NCBI GenBank assembly: GCA_035623825.1
Contig: DASPSR010000007.1
Span: forward strand, 192,001 to 256,000
Length of the DNA: 64,000 bases
Origin: Nitrospirota bacterium
GTDB lineage: Bacteria > Nitrospirota > UBA9217
Direction: 5' to 3'
The translations under genes were made by a program, and so were the position numbers. Positions 8,891 to 18,166 of this stretch are shown here, one piece after another (position 1 is the first letter of the stretch; every line of letters starts with the position of its first letter). The notes beneath the pieces were generated by a model. It was not told the DNA's origin and did no database searches. It was given only the letters and a program-made list of their open reading frames with translations.

Positions 8891-9628
8891 ATGAGAAAAA
8901 CATCCTCCATACTCCCCGTTCTGATTGTAATGGTCATGGCAGGCTGTGCCGAGAAAAAAGAGGTCTTCGACGCTTCAGCCGTATTCAGAGCTGCCGAAGA
9001 AGACATGCAGAGAGGCAACTTCGAAAAAGCTCGCAAGGGCTATCAGGAAATCGAGGAAAAGTCGCCTGACAAGAGCTATGACGCGGCGCTGATGCTCCGT
9101 GTTGCGGACACGTACTACGGCGAAGAGAAGTACGACGAAGCACTCGTGGAGTACCAGGCGTTCCTGAACTACCATCCCGTGAATAAGGACGCGGCATATG
9201 CGCAGTACCAGATTGCTATGTGCAGCTTCAATCAGTTCACTACCATCGATCGGGACCCGGGTCCTAACCGGACGGCAATGAAGGAGTTTCAGAAGCTCCT
9301 CCAGAAGTATCCAAAGAGCATCTATGAGGAGGATGCAAGCGGCAAAATCGCCATTTGTGTCGACAGGAGCGCTGAATACGAACTCTATGTCGCACTTTTC
9401 TACTACAAAAGGGGTTCGTACCTGTCTGCCATCGGCAGGCTTGAAAAGCTGCTCAAGGACTATCCTGGCTCCTCTGCGGAAAAGGACGCGCTCTATTATA
9501 CAGGCATGTCGTATGCGGAGCGCGGCGACCGAGAGCAGGCACTGGCTGCGTTGGACACGCTCGTGAAGAAATACCCTTCCATGCAGAGGGAAGTCAGGCC
9601 TCTCATAGCAAGACTCCGGACAAAATGA
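8891..9628 (+). CDS. bamD: Outer membrane protein assembly factor BamD (TPR lipoprotein)
   Basis: Lipobox MAGC; TPR helices; FLNYHP, AYAQYQIAMC, DRDPG, LLQKYPKSIY, E.YVA.FY; start ATG 8891, since the ORF-track start overlaps the tRNA. Confidence 0.88.
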   Translation: MRKTSSILPVLIVMVMAGCAEKKEVFDASAVFRAAEEDMQRGNFEKARKGYQEIEEKSPDKSYDAALMLRVADTYYGEEKYDEALVEYQAFLNYHPVNKDAAYAQYQIAMCSFNQFTTIDRDPGPNRTAMKEFQKLLQKYPKSIYEEDASGKIAICVDRSAEYELYVALFYYKRGSYLSAIGRLEKLLKDYPGSSAEKDALYYTGMSYAERGDREQALAALDTLVKKYPSMQREVRPLIARLRTK

Positions 9629-10263
9629 AATACTATCCTGTCTACCTTGATCTTCGAGAACGGCCCTGCGTGGTTGCCGGCGGAGGACAGGTAGCCGAGC
9701 GCAAGGCGCTCTCCTTACTTGAAGCGGGCGCCGAGGTAAGGGTCATCAGCCCTTCGCTCACGGCCAAACTGCAGGAACTGTCGCAATCGGGCAAGATAGC
9801 CCACATCCCGAAAACGTTCGATGAAAAAGACTTAGCCGACGATCTTCTCGTCATAGCAGCTACGGATTCCCCGGAGGTGAACGCTGGTATAGGCAGGCTT
9901 TGCAGAAAAAGGCATATCCTCGTGAATGTAGCCGCCCCGCCTGACGAAAGCACGTTCATCGTACCGTCGGTAGTAGAGCGCGGTGACCTTTTGATCGCTG
10001 TTTCGACGAGCGGCGTGAGCCCCGCGCTGTCGAAAAAGATCCGCAGGGAAATCGAGGAACGGTATGGTCATGAGTATGAGGTGTTTCTCCGAAAGATGTC
10101 AGTGTTTCGCGCCCGTGTCCTGGATGAAGTCAAGGATGAGGCCGCTCGCAGAGAGATCTTTCAGGCCATCGCGGATGCAGATGTCATCAGTCTTTTGAAA
10201 GAGGGAAGAACGCACGAAGCAGATTGCCGGTTAGAAGAGATTGCCCGGTTAAAATCAAAATAG
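9625..10263 (+). CDS. Precorrin-2 dehydrogenase / sirohydrochlorin ferrochelatase (CysG N-terminal / Met8-like)
   Basis: YYPVYLDL, GGGQVAERK Rossmann motif, VIAATD, VNVA.PP...FIVPS, IAVSTSGVSPAL. Confidence 0.9.
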   Translation: MKYYPVYLDLRERPCVVAGGGQVAERKALSLLEAGAEVRVISPSLTAKLQELSQSGKIAHIPKTFDEKDLADDLLVIAATDSPEVNAGIGRLCRKRHILVNVAAPPDESTFIVPSVVERGDLLIAVSTSGVSPALSKKIRREIEERYGHEYEVFLRKMSVFRARVLDEVKDEAARREIFQAIADADVISLLKEGRTHEADCRLEEIARLKSK

Positions 10264-10290
10264 TATGGCAGGGTGTTCGGTGCAGTGGCA

Positions 10291-11835
10291 CTATTTGTTG
10301 TCCTTAAAGATCCTGCTGAAGATGCCGCCCTTAGATCCCTTGTCCAGCTCTTTTTCTTTCTTCACTTCTCCTTCGCTTGCCGCGGCAGCGATTGCCTGCC
10401 TCAACTGCGCAGAGTCGAGCCCCCTGTCCCGAGCCTTGTTGAATACGGCAAGGGCCTTGGCCTTGAGATTGTTCTTTAGATAAAAATTCCCGAGCTCCAT
10501 ATAATACTCCAGTCTGCCCGGTGACATCTCGATCACTTTATTGAAGTGCTCCTCGGCTTCATGGCGCCTCCTTGGCATGTTGGACAGGGCAAGCCCCTGA
10601 TAGAACAGGAACCGCGGATTTCCCGGATCGAGACGGGAAGCCCACCGGAAGGCCTCTTCCGCTCCCCAGAAGTTCCCTGACTTAAACTGCCTCATCCCTT
10701 CATTATACTGGTTAACGGCGGACTCCTTCTGGGCCGCTTTCTCTGGTGCCTGCTGTTCCGCCCCGGACCTTTTCCCCGTTTTGCTCAGGTTTCTGGAGTA
10801 CTGATCTCGCGCGTCCTGTGTGCGGAGCATATCATATGCCTTGTGGATCCTCATGAAGAGCGCTTCTAGTTTCGGCTTCAGGTCGCTCATCTCAGGGTCA
10901 AAGTGCCTGTCTGGGTGATAGAGCTTTGCGAGCTTGAAGTACGCCTTCTTGATTACCTGTGCGGTGGCGTTGCGGTCCACGCCAAGCACCTGGTAATGGT
11001 CCTGGGATTCCATATCTTGATACGCCTTCTGTATCCTTTCTTTCGTAGCAGAAGGTGATGGACGCTCGGGTTCAACCGGCTTTTGTTCTAAGGTCGTTTT
11101 TGCCTTTACTGTCTCGCGCACAATCTCGCGCGCGAAGCTCTTTTCCTCCTCGGTCTTGATTTCACCGGGCTCGACCATTCTAAGCGCGAGGAGGACATAC
11201 ACCGCCTTGAGCGTGTTGAAGTCACCGATGCCGGAATGTGAACAGAGCTCCTCGATATTCTTCTTGCCGTCGATGAGCGAAAGAATCGCCATCTGGTCCG
11301 GGGTGAGATCCGCGCCCTGAAAAAGCTGCGATGGGTCTTGGGACGGGCGGAGCACCGTTTTGAGCTGTGGGAGCGATTTGCGGACGAGCTGCCAGTCGAC
11401 ACCTCGCAAACCTTCAAGGATTAGGTTTCCGGTGCTCATCTGGAGCGGTACGATGTCTGCCTGCGGCAGCGAGCCTTCCTCGAAGGTATACCGACCTTCA
11501 CGCCAGCCGAACAGGCTGAGAATGATATGCTTGACCTGGTCCTTAACGCCGGCGACGAGATTCTGCGGCGAGATAAAGCCGAGCTGAATGAGAACAGCCT
11601 CGTGTTTTCTCCCTGATTTCTTGAGAGCCTCCATGGATGCATCGTATTGTGTTTTGGTTATAGTGCCGGCCCGGAGCAGATATTCTCCAAGGCTGTCCTC
11701 CGCTAGGCTGGACGAGGCAAAGATGATGTCGCCTTCCTTGAAATAGACCTTTTTAACGACCTCGTCTCGCTCGAACACGACCGTGCCGGTTTTTTTCTCC
11801 GTGCGCAGTCCCTGGAAAAGCGAGGGTATTTTCAT
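10291..11835 (-). CDS. DUF4388 + J-domain + TPR protein
   Basis: N-terminal KTGTVVF...KKVYFKEGDIIFASS...LGEYLL...LF.WREGRYTF (DUF4388/PatA-N-like); DHYQVLGV...KLYHPD J-domain; C-terminal TPR; start uncertain (11835 or 11865). Confidence 0.8.
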   Translation of the reverse strand: MKIPSLFQGLRTEKKTGTVVFERDEVVKKVYFKEGDIIFASSSLAEDSLGEYLLRAGTITKTQYDASMEALKKSGRKHEAVLIQLGFISPQNLVAGVKDQVKHIILSLFGWREGRYTFEEGSLPQADIVPLQMSTGNLILEGLRGVDWQLVRKSLPQLKTVLRPSQDPSQLFQGADLTPDQMAILSLIDGKKNIEELCSHSGIGDFNTLKAVYVLLALRMVEPGEIKTEEEKSFAREIVRETVKAKTTLEQKPVEPERPSPSATKERIQKAYQDMESQDHYQVLGVDRNATAQVIKKAYFKLAKLYHPDRHFDPEMSDLKPKLEALFMRIHKAYDMLRTQDARDQYSRNLSKTGKRSGAEQQAPEKAAQKESAVNQYNEGMRQFKSGNFWGAEEAFRWASRLDPGNPRFLFYQGLALSNMPRRRHEAEEHFNKVIEMSPGRLEYYMELGNFYLKNNLKAKALAVFNKARDRGLDSAQLRQAIAAAASEGEVKKEKELDKGSKGGIFSRIFKDNK

Positions 11836-12002
11836 ATCCGTTATATCGCCGGGAGGGTTCATCATAACATTCCCTTGGGGAAAATGGCAGCACGTTACCG
11901 GCATTATACCATGATTTTGTATTTTTGTATCTAAATCCTTGTACCTTGGGGTCAAGGTTTTTTGAATACCTCAGTTTGACGGGGAATCGGCAAGCATTAG
12001 TG

Positions 12003-12031
12003 TTGACTGTCACCTTTGTTCTTATTATAAT
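12003..12031 (+). promoter_or_regulatory. sigma70 promoter of the activase gene
   Basis: TTGACT-N17-TATAAT. Confidence 0.7.
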
Positions 12032-12196
12032 GGTAATTGCTTCAGATACATCTGATCTCCGTTGTTCGCCGCAATGATGCTCGTGTGAAATGAGAACGGT
12101 TGCAACGGTTAAATCGCGCACGTTTGGTCAACGATCGCAGCATTCTGTCGTAAACCGCAAGTTAAATCAACTCATGCAGGATCAGGAGCGGCACTT

Positions 12197-15100
12197 ATGC
12201 AGAGAGATTATATTATCGGTATCGATATTGGTTCCGTAACCGTTAAGACAGCGGTTCTTGATGAGGACGGTACCGTTCTCGACACGACCTATATCCGCAT
12301 CAAGGGGGATCCTGTCAATACACTTGTAGGCGCCCTCTCCGCGTTTTCGTTACAATTCCCTGAAGCCACGATCCGGTCGGCGGGTATCACCGGTTGCGGA
12401 GGGAAACCGATTGCCGACATCATCGGCGCGCGGTTCATCAACGAGATCCTCGCCCAGTCCGTTTTCGCCGGTCACTTTCACCCTCGCACGAGGACCGTGA
12501 TTGAGATGGGGGGGGAGGATGCGAAGCTCATAAGCCTTGTTGCCGATCAGTCCTCCTGCGGCGTCAAAGTAGAGGATTTTTCCATGAACACGGCCTGCGC
12601 AGCCGGGACGGGATCGTTCCTTGATCAACAGGCGTCACGTCTTCACCTTTCCATAGAAGAATTCAGCCGTATCGCACTTCAGTCAAAAATCCCCCCCCGT
12701 GTGGCGGGGCGGTGCAGCGTCTTTGCCAAGAGCGACATGATTCACCTGCAGCAGATCGCCACGCCGGATTATGATATCGTGGCGGGACTATGCTACGCCA
12801 TGGCGAGGAACTTCAAGGCCACAGTCGGGAAAGGGAAGAGCTTTTCGGCACCGCTTCTTTTCCTTGGCGGCGTGGCCGCCAACCTCGGCATGCGCAGGGC
12901 GTTCCGAGAAGTCCTAAAACTGGCCGAATCAGAAATAACGGTTCCGGAGCACTTCAATACCTCCGGGGCAATCGGTGCCGCGCTTATGGTCATCCAGCGT
13001 CCCGAGCGTACGGTTCCATACCGCGGTGGTTCCGCGCTCGCCGCCCACTTGTCGGCAGAACAGCGGCATGATCGGAGAGGAGTACGTCCACTCGAGAAGC
13101 CCACAGGCGTCATGCCGAATCCGGACCAGGACGCTGTCCTCGGAGAGGACGGCCTGATCGAAGGGTATCTCGGCGTGGATGTGGGGTCTGTTTCGACCAA
13201 TGTGGTGGTTATCGACAATCGGATGCGCGTCCTTTCTAAGCGGTATCTGCCTACGGCCGGCCGGCCGATCGAAGCCGTGAAACAAGGACTGGCAGAGGTG
13301 GGCGAAGAGGTCGGTTCTCAGGTGAAAATCGCAGGCGCGGGAACCACGGGCTCGGGTAGATACCTTACAGGCGACATGATTGGCGCGGATGTGGTCAGGA
13401 ACGAAATCACGGCGCAGGCAACGGCTGCTGCTGCGATAGATCCTGCTGTGGACACCATCTTCGAGATCGGTGGACAGGATTCCAAGTACATCAGCCTGCG
13501 GGACGGGGCGGTAGTGGACTTCGAGATGAACAAGGCCTGCGCGGCAGGAACAGGGTCCTTCCTCGAAGAGCAGGCCGAACGGCTCGGCATCCGGATCAAA
13601 CAGGAGTTCGAGGCCCGGGCGTTCTGCGCTTCCTCTCCGTGCGAGCTCGGAGAGCGCTGCACCGTGTTCATGGAGTCGGATCTCGTGCACTATCTGAGCA
13701 AGGGCGCCGGTGTTGAAGAGCTGACCGCCGGCCTTGCCTATTCCATTGCCCACAACTATCTAAACAAGGTAGTGGCAGGGAAAAAGGTCGGAGAAAGGAT
13801 CTTCTTTCAGGGTGGAGTGGCAGCGAACAAAGCCGTTATTGCTGCGTTCGAACAGATAACCGGTAAATCAATCACCGTTCCTCCGCACCACGAGGTCACC
13901 GGAGCGATCGGTGCGGCCATTCTCGCAATGCGCGAGGGCACCGGCAGGAGCGGGTTCAAGGGATTCGACCTCAGCAGGCGTGCGTACAGCATCTCGACAT
14001 TTGAGTGCGCCGAATGCGCGAACCGGTGCGACATCCGCAGGGTAAGCTTTGACGGAGAGAAACCGCTATTCTACGGGAGTCGTTGCGAGAAATACGACGT
14101 CAAAAAAAAATCATCACCTGCGTGCGCGTTGCCCGATCTGTTTGCGGAGCGCGAGAAACTGATCATGGCAGGGGGACCCTCTCGGATGCGTGTGGACAAC
14201 GCGCCGAGCATAGGCATCCCGCAGATGCTCTACGTGAACGACTACCTGCCGTTCTGGCGAGCATTTTTTACGGAGCTGGGGTTCCGTGTCGTCCTGTCCG
14301 AGCGCACGAACCGGACGCTGATCAACCGTGCGCTCGAGGCCACGGTCGCCGAGACGTGCTTCCCATCAAAGGTCGCCCTCGGACACATCCAAGACCTTCT
14401 CGATAAAAAAGTTGACGTCCTGTTCCTGCCGAGCTTTATCCGGTTCCCGGTTTCTAACGGAAGGAGGGATAACGCGCAGGCCTGCCCTTACGCGCAGGCC
14501 CTGCCGTATATTGCGCGCGCTTCCTTGCGGCTCAGCAATATCAAAACGGTGGAACCGGTGCTATATCTCCAGGACAGACGCTACTTCAATAGAAGCATGA
14601 AAACGCTCGGAGCGGCACTCGGAAAAAGCGCCGGGGTGGTGAGCCGTGCGCAGCGGCTCGCATGGCGTGCACAGGAAGCATTTCACCGGGCCATCGCGGA
14701 GCGTGGGAACTCGGTTCTGTCCGGGATGCAACCGGGCCAGAAGGCACTGGTGCTCGTCGGGCGGAGTTACAATACCTGCGACTATGGTGTGAACATGAAC
14801 CTCCCGTCCAAGATACGGGACCTGGGGGTTCAGGCCATTCCCATGGATTTCCTCCCGCTTCACACCGCGGACATGTCTGGCCTTGAGGCGATGTACTGGA
14901 GATCGGGACAGAAGATCCTGGCTGCAGCCAGGCTTATACGGGAGCGCAACGGTCTGTACCCTGTGTATATCACGAATTTCGGGTGCGGCCCGGATTCTTT
15001 CATCACGCATTTTTTCAGGCAGGAGATGGGTGAAAAGACGTTCCTCCAGCTTGAGATTGATGAACATAGCGCGGACGCCGGCGCACTTACGAGGATCGAG

Positions 15101-16378
15101 GCATTCATGGACAGCCTTAACAATGCGGGAAAATCCAGACAGCTCAGGACGGCTCCAGTTAAATCGAACGGCTCGCCCCGCACTAAGAAGGTCTTCCTGC
15201 CGCCCATGACGGACCATGCCAGCGCTCTCGCCGCGGCGTTCCGTGCTTGCGGCGTCGAAGCGGAAGTGCTGCCTGAATCCGATGAGGAGACCGTGAGGAT
15301 CGGCAAGGAATTCAGTTCGGGCAGGGAATGTTATCCTCTCGCCCTCACAACCGGTGATATGATCAAGGCCACGCGAAGGTCTGGATTCGATCCCAGCAGG
15401 AGCGCGTTTTTTATGCCGACGGGCAAAGGTCCGTGCAGGTTCGGTCAGTACCATCGCTACCACCGTCAGGTGCTTGATCGGATCGGGATGAGTCAGGTGG
15501 CGATCCTTTCGCCCATGCAAGATGAAAGTTTGCACAGCGACGTGCGTGCCTTGGATAAGGATTTTGTGCTCATGAGTTGGCGCGGGGCTCTCGCGGTGGA
15601 CCTTCTCCAGAAGGCGCTTTGGGAACACAGGCCATACGAGAAGCAGAAAGGCCGAACGGACCAGGTGTACCAAACTGCCCTCACTGCAGTGACAGCTGCC
15701 ATCGAGAACAGGGCAGATCTTCTTCCCGTGCTGCGACAGGCGTATGAAGATTTCATTTCCGTGGAGATAACCGAACGCCAGAAACCGGTCATCGGGATTG
15801 TGGGCGAGATCTACATCCGCTCAAATCGATTCAGCAACGAGGATATTGTCAACCAGATAGAACGGCTCGGTGGCGAGGCCTGGGTCGCGCCCATATCAGA
15901 ATGGCTGCTGTACGTCAATGAAACGGCAAAGGTATCGGCAAAGATGACACGCTCATGGAAGTCTCTGCTCAAGGCGTACATGACGGAAAGGGTACAGCGG
16001 AAGGACGAACGCCGGTTCCTGAGCGGGTTTAACGGGAGCATGAGGAGCCTGCATGAGCCGAGCATCGAGCAAACCTTGCGGAGGGCCATGCCGTACATCC
16101 ATCGCTCATTCGAGGGCGAGGCCGTGCTGTCAGTAGGCAAGGCCATCGACTACATCAACAAGGGCGCCTCGGGTATCATAAACGTGATGCCGTTTACGTG
16201 CATGCCCGGCACGATCGCAATCGCCATACTGAAGAGGGTGCGCGAGGACCACAACAACATCCCCCTTCTGAACATCGCTTACGAAGGCCAAAGGGATTCT
16301 CAGACCATCACGCGCCTCGAAGCGTTCATTCATCAGGCAAGAGCATATCAGGGGGCCCGGTCTAGTTCTGGGGGATGA
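12197..16378 (+). CDS. CoA-substrate-specific enzyme activase: two BadF/BadG/BcrA/BcrD ATPase domains plus DUF2229/dehydratase-like domains
   Basis: Two ASKHA repeats (GIDIGSVTVK...GGEDAK...MNTACAAGTGSFLDQQA; GVDVGSVSTN...GGQDSK...MNKACAAGTGSFLEEQA), CAECANRC, ETCFPSK, NFGCGPDS, ECYP, GPCRFGQY, PFTCMP. Confidence 0.9.
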   Translation: MQRDYIIGIDIGSVTVKTAVLDEDGTVLDTTYIRIKGDPVNTLVGALSAFSLQFPEATIRSAGITGCGGKPIADIIGARFINEILAQSVFAGHFHPRTRTVIEMGGEDAKLISLVADQSSCGVKVEDFSMNTACAAGTGSFLDQQASRLHLSIEEFSRIALQSKIPPRVAGRCSVFAKSDMIHLQQIATPDYDIVAGLCYAMARNFKATVGKGKSFSAPLLFLGGVAANLGMRRAFREVLKLAESEITVPEHFNTSGAIGAALMVIQRPERTVPYRGGSALAAHLSAEQRHDRRGVRPLEKPTGVMPNPDQDAVLGEDGLIEGYLGVDVGSVSTNVVVIDNRMRVLSKRYLPTAGRPIEAVKQGLAEVGEEVGSQVKIAGAGTTGSGRYLTGDMIGADVVRNEITAQATAAAAIDPAVDTIFEIGGQDSKYISLRDGAVVDFEMNKACAAGTGSFLEEQAERLGIRIKQEFEARAFCASSPCELGERCTVFMESDLVHYLSKGAGVEELTAGLAYSIAHNYLNKVVAGKKVGERIFFQGGVAANKAVIAAFEQITGKSITVPPHHEVTGAIGAAILAMREGTGRSGFKGFDLSRRAYSISTFECAECANRCDIRRVSFDGEKPLFYGSRCEKYDVKKKSSPACALPDLFAEREKLIMAGGPSRMRVDNAPSIGIPQMLYVNDYLPFWRAFFTELGFRVVLSERTNRTLINRALEATVAETCFPSKVALGHIQDLLDKKVDVLFLPSFIRFPVSNGRRDNAQACPYAQALPYIARASLRLSNIKTVEPVLYLQDRRYFNRSMKTLGAALGKSAGVVSRAQRLAWRAQEAFHRAIAERGNSVLSGMQPGQKALVLVGRSYNTCDYGVNMNLPSKIRDLGVQAIPMDFLPLHTADMSGLEAMYWRSGQKILAAARLIRERNGLYPVYITNFGCGPDSFITHFFRQEMGEKTFLQLEIDEHSADAGALTRIEAFMDSLNNAGKSRQLRTAPVKSNGSPRTKKVFLPPMTDHASALAAAFRACGVEAEVLPESDEETVRIGKEFSSGRECYPLALTTGDMIKATRRSGFDPSRSAFFMPTGKGPCRFGQYHRYHRQVLDRIGMSQVAILSPMQDESLHSDVRALDKDFVLMSWRGALAVDLLQKALWEHRPYEKQKGRTDQVYQTALTAVTAAIENRADLLPVLRQAYEDFISVEITERQKPVIGIVGEIYIRSNRFSNEDIVNQIERLGGEAWVAPISEWLLYVNETAKVSAKMTRSWKSLLKAYMTERVQRKDERRFLSGFNGSMRSLHEPSIEQTLRRAMPYIHRSFEGEAVLSVGKAIDYINKGASGIINVMPFTCMPGTIAIAILKRVREDHNNIPLLNIAYEGQRDSQTITRLEAFIHQARAYQGARSSSGG

Positions 16379-16663
16379 GATGCGTTGTCTCTTTAATCAG
16401 TGTGGCAAGATCATCTGCCGGCAAGGGCATTTGTCACGGTCATTTTCCCCCGCGAAGCGCAGAGAAAAAAGGGTCTTCAATGCGGGTGAATATATCCGGG
16501 AATAGGTGCAGAATTATTCTCCCGGACATATGTTCTTCTTTCGTTTGATCTGGCGGCCGAATATCCCTCGGGAAGGGCGGGGAGCACAGAGAGGGGCCAT
16601 GTACGCGCCTCTTGCGGCCCGATGACCGGCCCGAGAAGCAGCGACCAGTGGAGGGGACAGGGA

Positions 16664-17383
16664 ATGCAGGACATGAGGCGGTATAAGAGATTCAGATTGG
16701 ATGTAATGGAAATAAACGGCAAGATGATCTTAGCCGAGAAAGTGGACATCATTGACATTAGTCTCGGCGGAATCGCCCTGAAGACGGACAGGAGGCTGAA
16801 TGTCGGCAAGGAATATGTGATCAAGCTGGGGGACAAGGGGAAGCGTATCGATGTGAAGGGCGTTATCGTCCGTTGCGAATTAAGCACGATTGAGGAACGA
16901 TGCGACGGGGAGAGGGTCCCCATATACACGGCGGGGATGATGTTTAAAGACGTCGCCCCGGATAAGATTGCCGATTTCCTGAACACCATTGAGCAGCACA
17001 AAAAGGAGCAAGCGCCGGCGGTGGTTGATCGGAGGCTCGCGGTAAGATTTTACATCACCACTCCCGAGGAGCATACCCTGAGCTTTCCGTCCCAGTTCAC
17101 GGTGAAAGAGATCAGCCTAAGCGGCATGCTCATCCAAACCGAGGAGGCCCTGGGGATGGAAAGCATGGTCCCCATGGGGTTGTCTCTCAAGGCCGACCAT
17201 CCCGTCAATTTTATCGGAAGGGTTGCTTCATGCCGGATGGCGGGAGCCAAGGGTCAGGCGCTCTATGAAATAGGGGTGGAGTTTACGGGTTTGACGGATG
17301 AGGACCGGGCGCCGCTCAAGACCTTCATAGACTATCTGACAATGATGGAAAGGAATGCTGAAGGAGAAAAATCATCCCCTTAG
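16664..17383 (+). CDS. Tandem PilZ-domain protein (c-di-GMP receptor)
   Basis: Domain 1 RRYKR...DISLGG; domain 2 RRLAVR...EISLSG; YTAGMMF and YEIGVEF terminal strands. Confidence 0.82.
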   Translation: MQDMRRYKRFRLDVMEINGKMILAEKVDIIDISLGGIALKTDRRLNVGKEYVIKLGDKGKRIDVKGVIVRCELSTIEERCDGERVPIYTAGMMFKDVAPDKIADFLNTIEQHKKEQAPAVVDRRLAVRFYITTPEEHTLSFPSQFTVKEISLSGMLIQTEEALGMESMVPMGLSLKADHPVNFIGRVASCRMAGAKGQALYEIGVEFTGLTDEDRAPLKTFIDYLTMMERNAEGEKSSP

Positions 17384-17515
17384 GCTGCCGGTCAGCAAAG
17401 CGGTCCGTTTCGCTCACGACTTCTGAGAGGCATCGGCAGTTAAGACGTTCAATACCTTTAGCTTCGAGTAAAATCTTCAATTGAATGATCTGCAACGGGT
17501 TTTTAAATTATGAGC

Positions 17516-17545
17516 TTGACATGACGTGGTGAAATACTGTATGCT
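17516..17545 (+). promoter_or_regulatory. sigma70 promoter of the cold-shock gene
   Basis: TTGACA-N18-TATGCT. Confidence 0.55.
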
Positions 17546-17602
17546 TTATTCGTCCGGGAAAATTCCCGGATAAATTTCATAAGGAAGCAGAGGAGAAACA
17601 GA

Positions 17603-17806
17603 ATGGCAAATGGAGTAGTGAAGTGGTTCAACAACAGTAAGGGGTTTGGCTTTATCACGCAGGACAACGGCGAAGATGTATTCGTACACTTTTCGGCCAT
17701 CACCGGAGACGGCTTCAAGTCTCTGAACGAGGGAGATAAAGTTACGTTCGAGGTTGTGAAGGGCCCTAAAGGCCTTCAGGCAGCGAACGTGTCAAAAGTT
17801 CAATAA
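17603..17806 (+). CDS. cspA: Cold-shock protein
   Basis: [15 protein letters not shown] (RNP1), DVFVHFSAI (RNP2), KGLQAANV. Confidence 0.96.
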   Translation: MANGVVKWFNNSKGFGFITQDNGEDVFVHFSAITGDGFKSLNEGDKVTFEVVKGPKGLQAANVSKVQ

Positions 17807-17843
17807 TCATACTGCGAAAAAAATATTATAAATAACCACTTCG

Positions 17844-17872
17844 AAAGCCCTGCATCACTGCAGGGCTTTTTT
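17844..17872 (+). terminator. Rho-independent terminator after csp
   Basis: AAAGCCCTGCA-TCAC-TGCAGGGCTTT running into a T tract. Confidence 0.85.
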
Positions 17873-18166
17873 ATATTAATGCCATCTCTATGTTGCAGAG
17901 AGATGCGCGTGGAAGCAAAAAGGCTGAGATTTCTCCCCACCTTGTTTTTTCATGGCCCATGGCTTACGGCAGATTGTCATGATTATCGTTGCTCTGCTGT
18001 CCCTGGGTTGTCTTCAGCTTTCGCCTCCGTGCAGCAGCCGCATACTGGTTGTCAAAGAGCAAGTGTATTTAATGCAGCAGACTAGTGCATTGTTTGCAGC
18101 ATAATAATTTCACTCGCCTTATATCCCCGTCCCGAAGGACTAGGCTTCACGACGCAAAGCGATACA

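Noticed and set aside
8775-8900. Integrative element at tRNA-Leu
   Set aside because: No integrase, no duplicated tRNA 3' end seen, and housekeeping genes follow directly.
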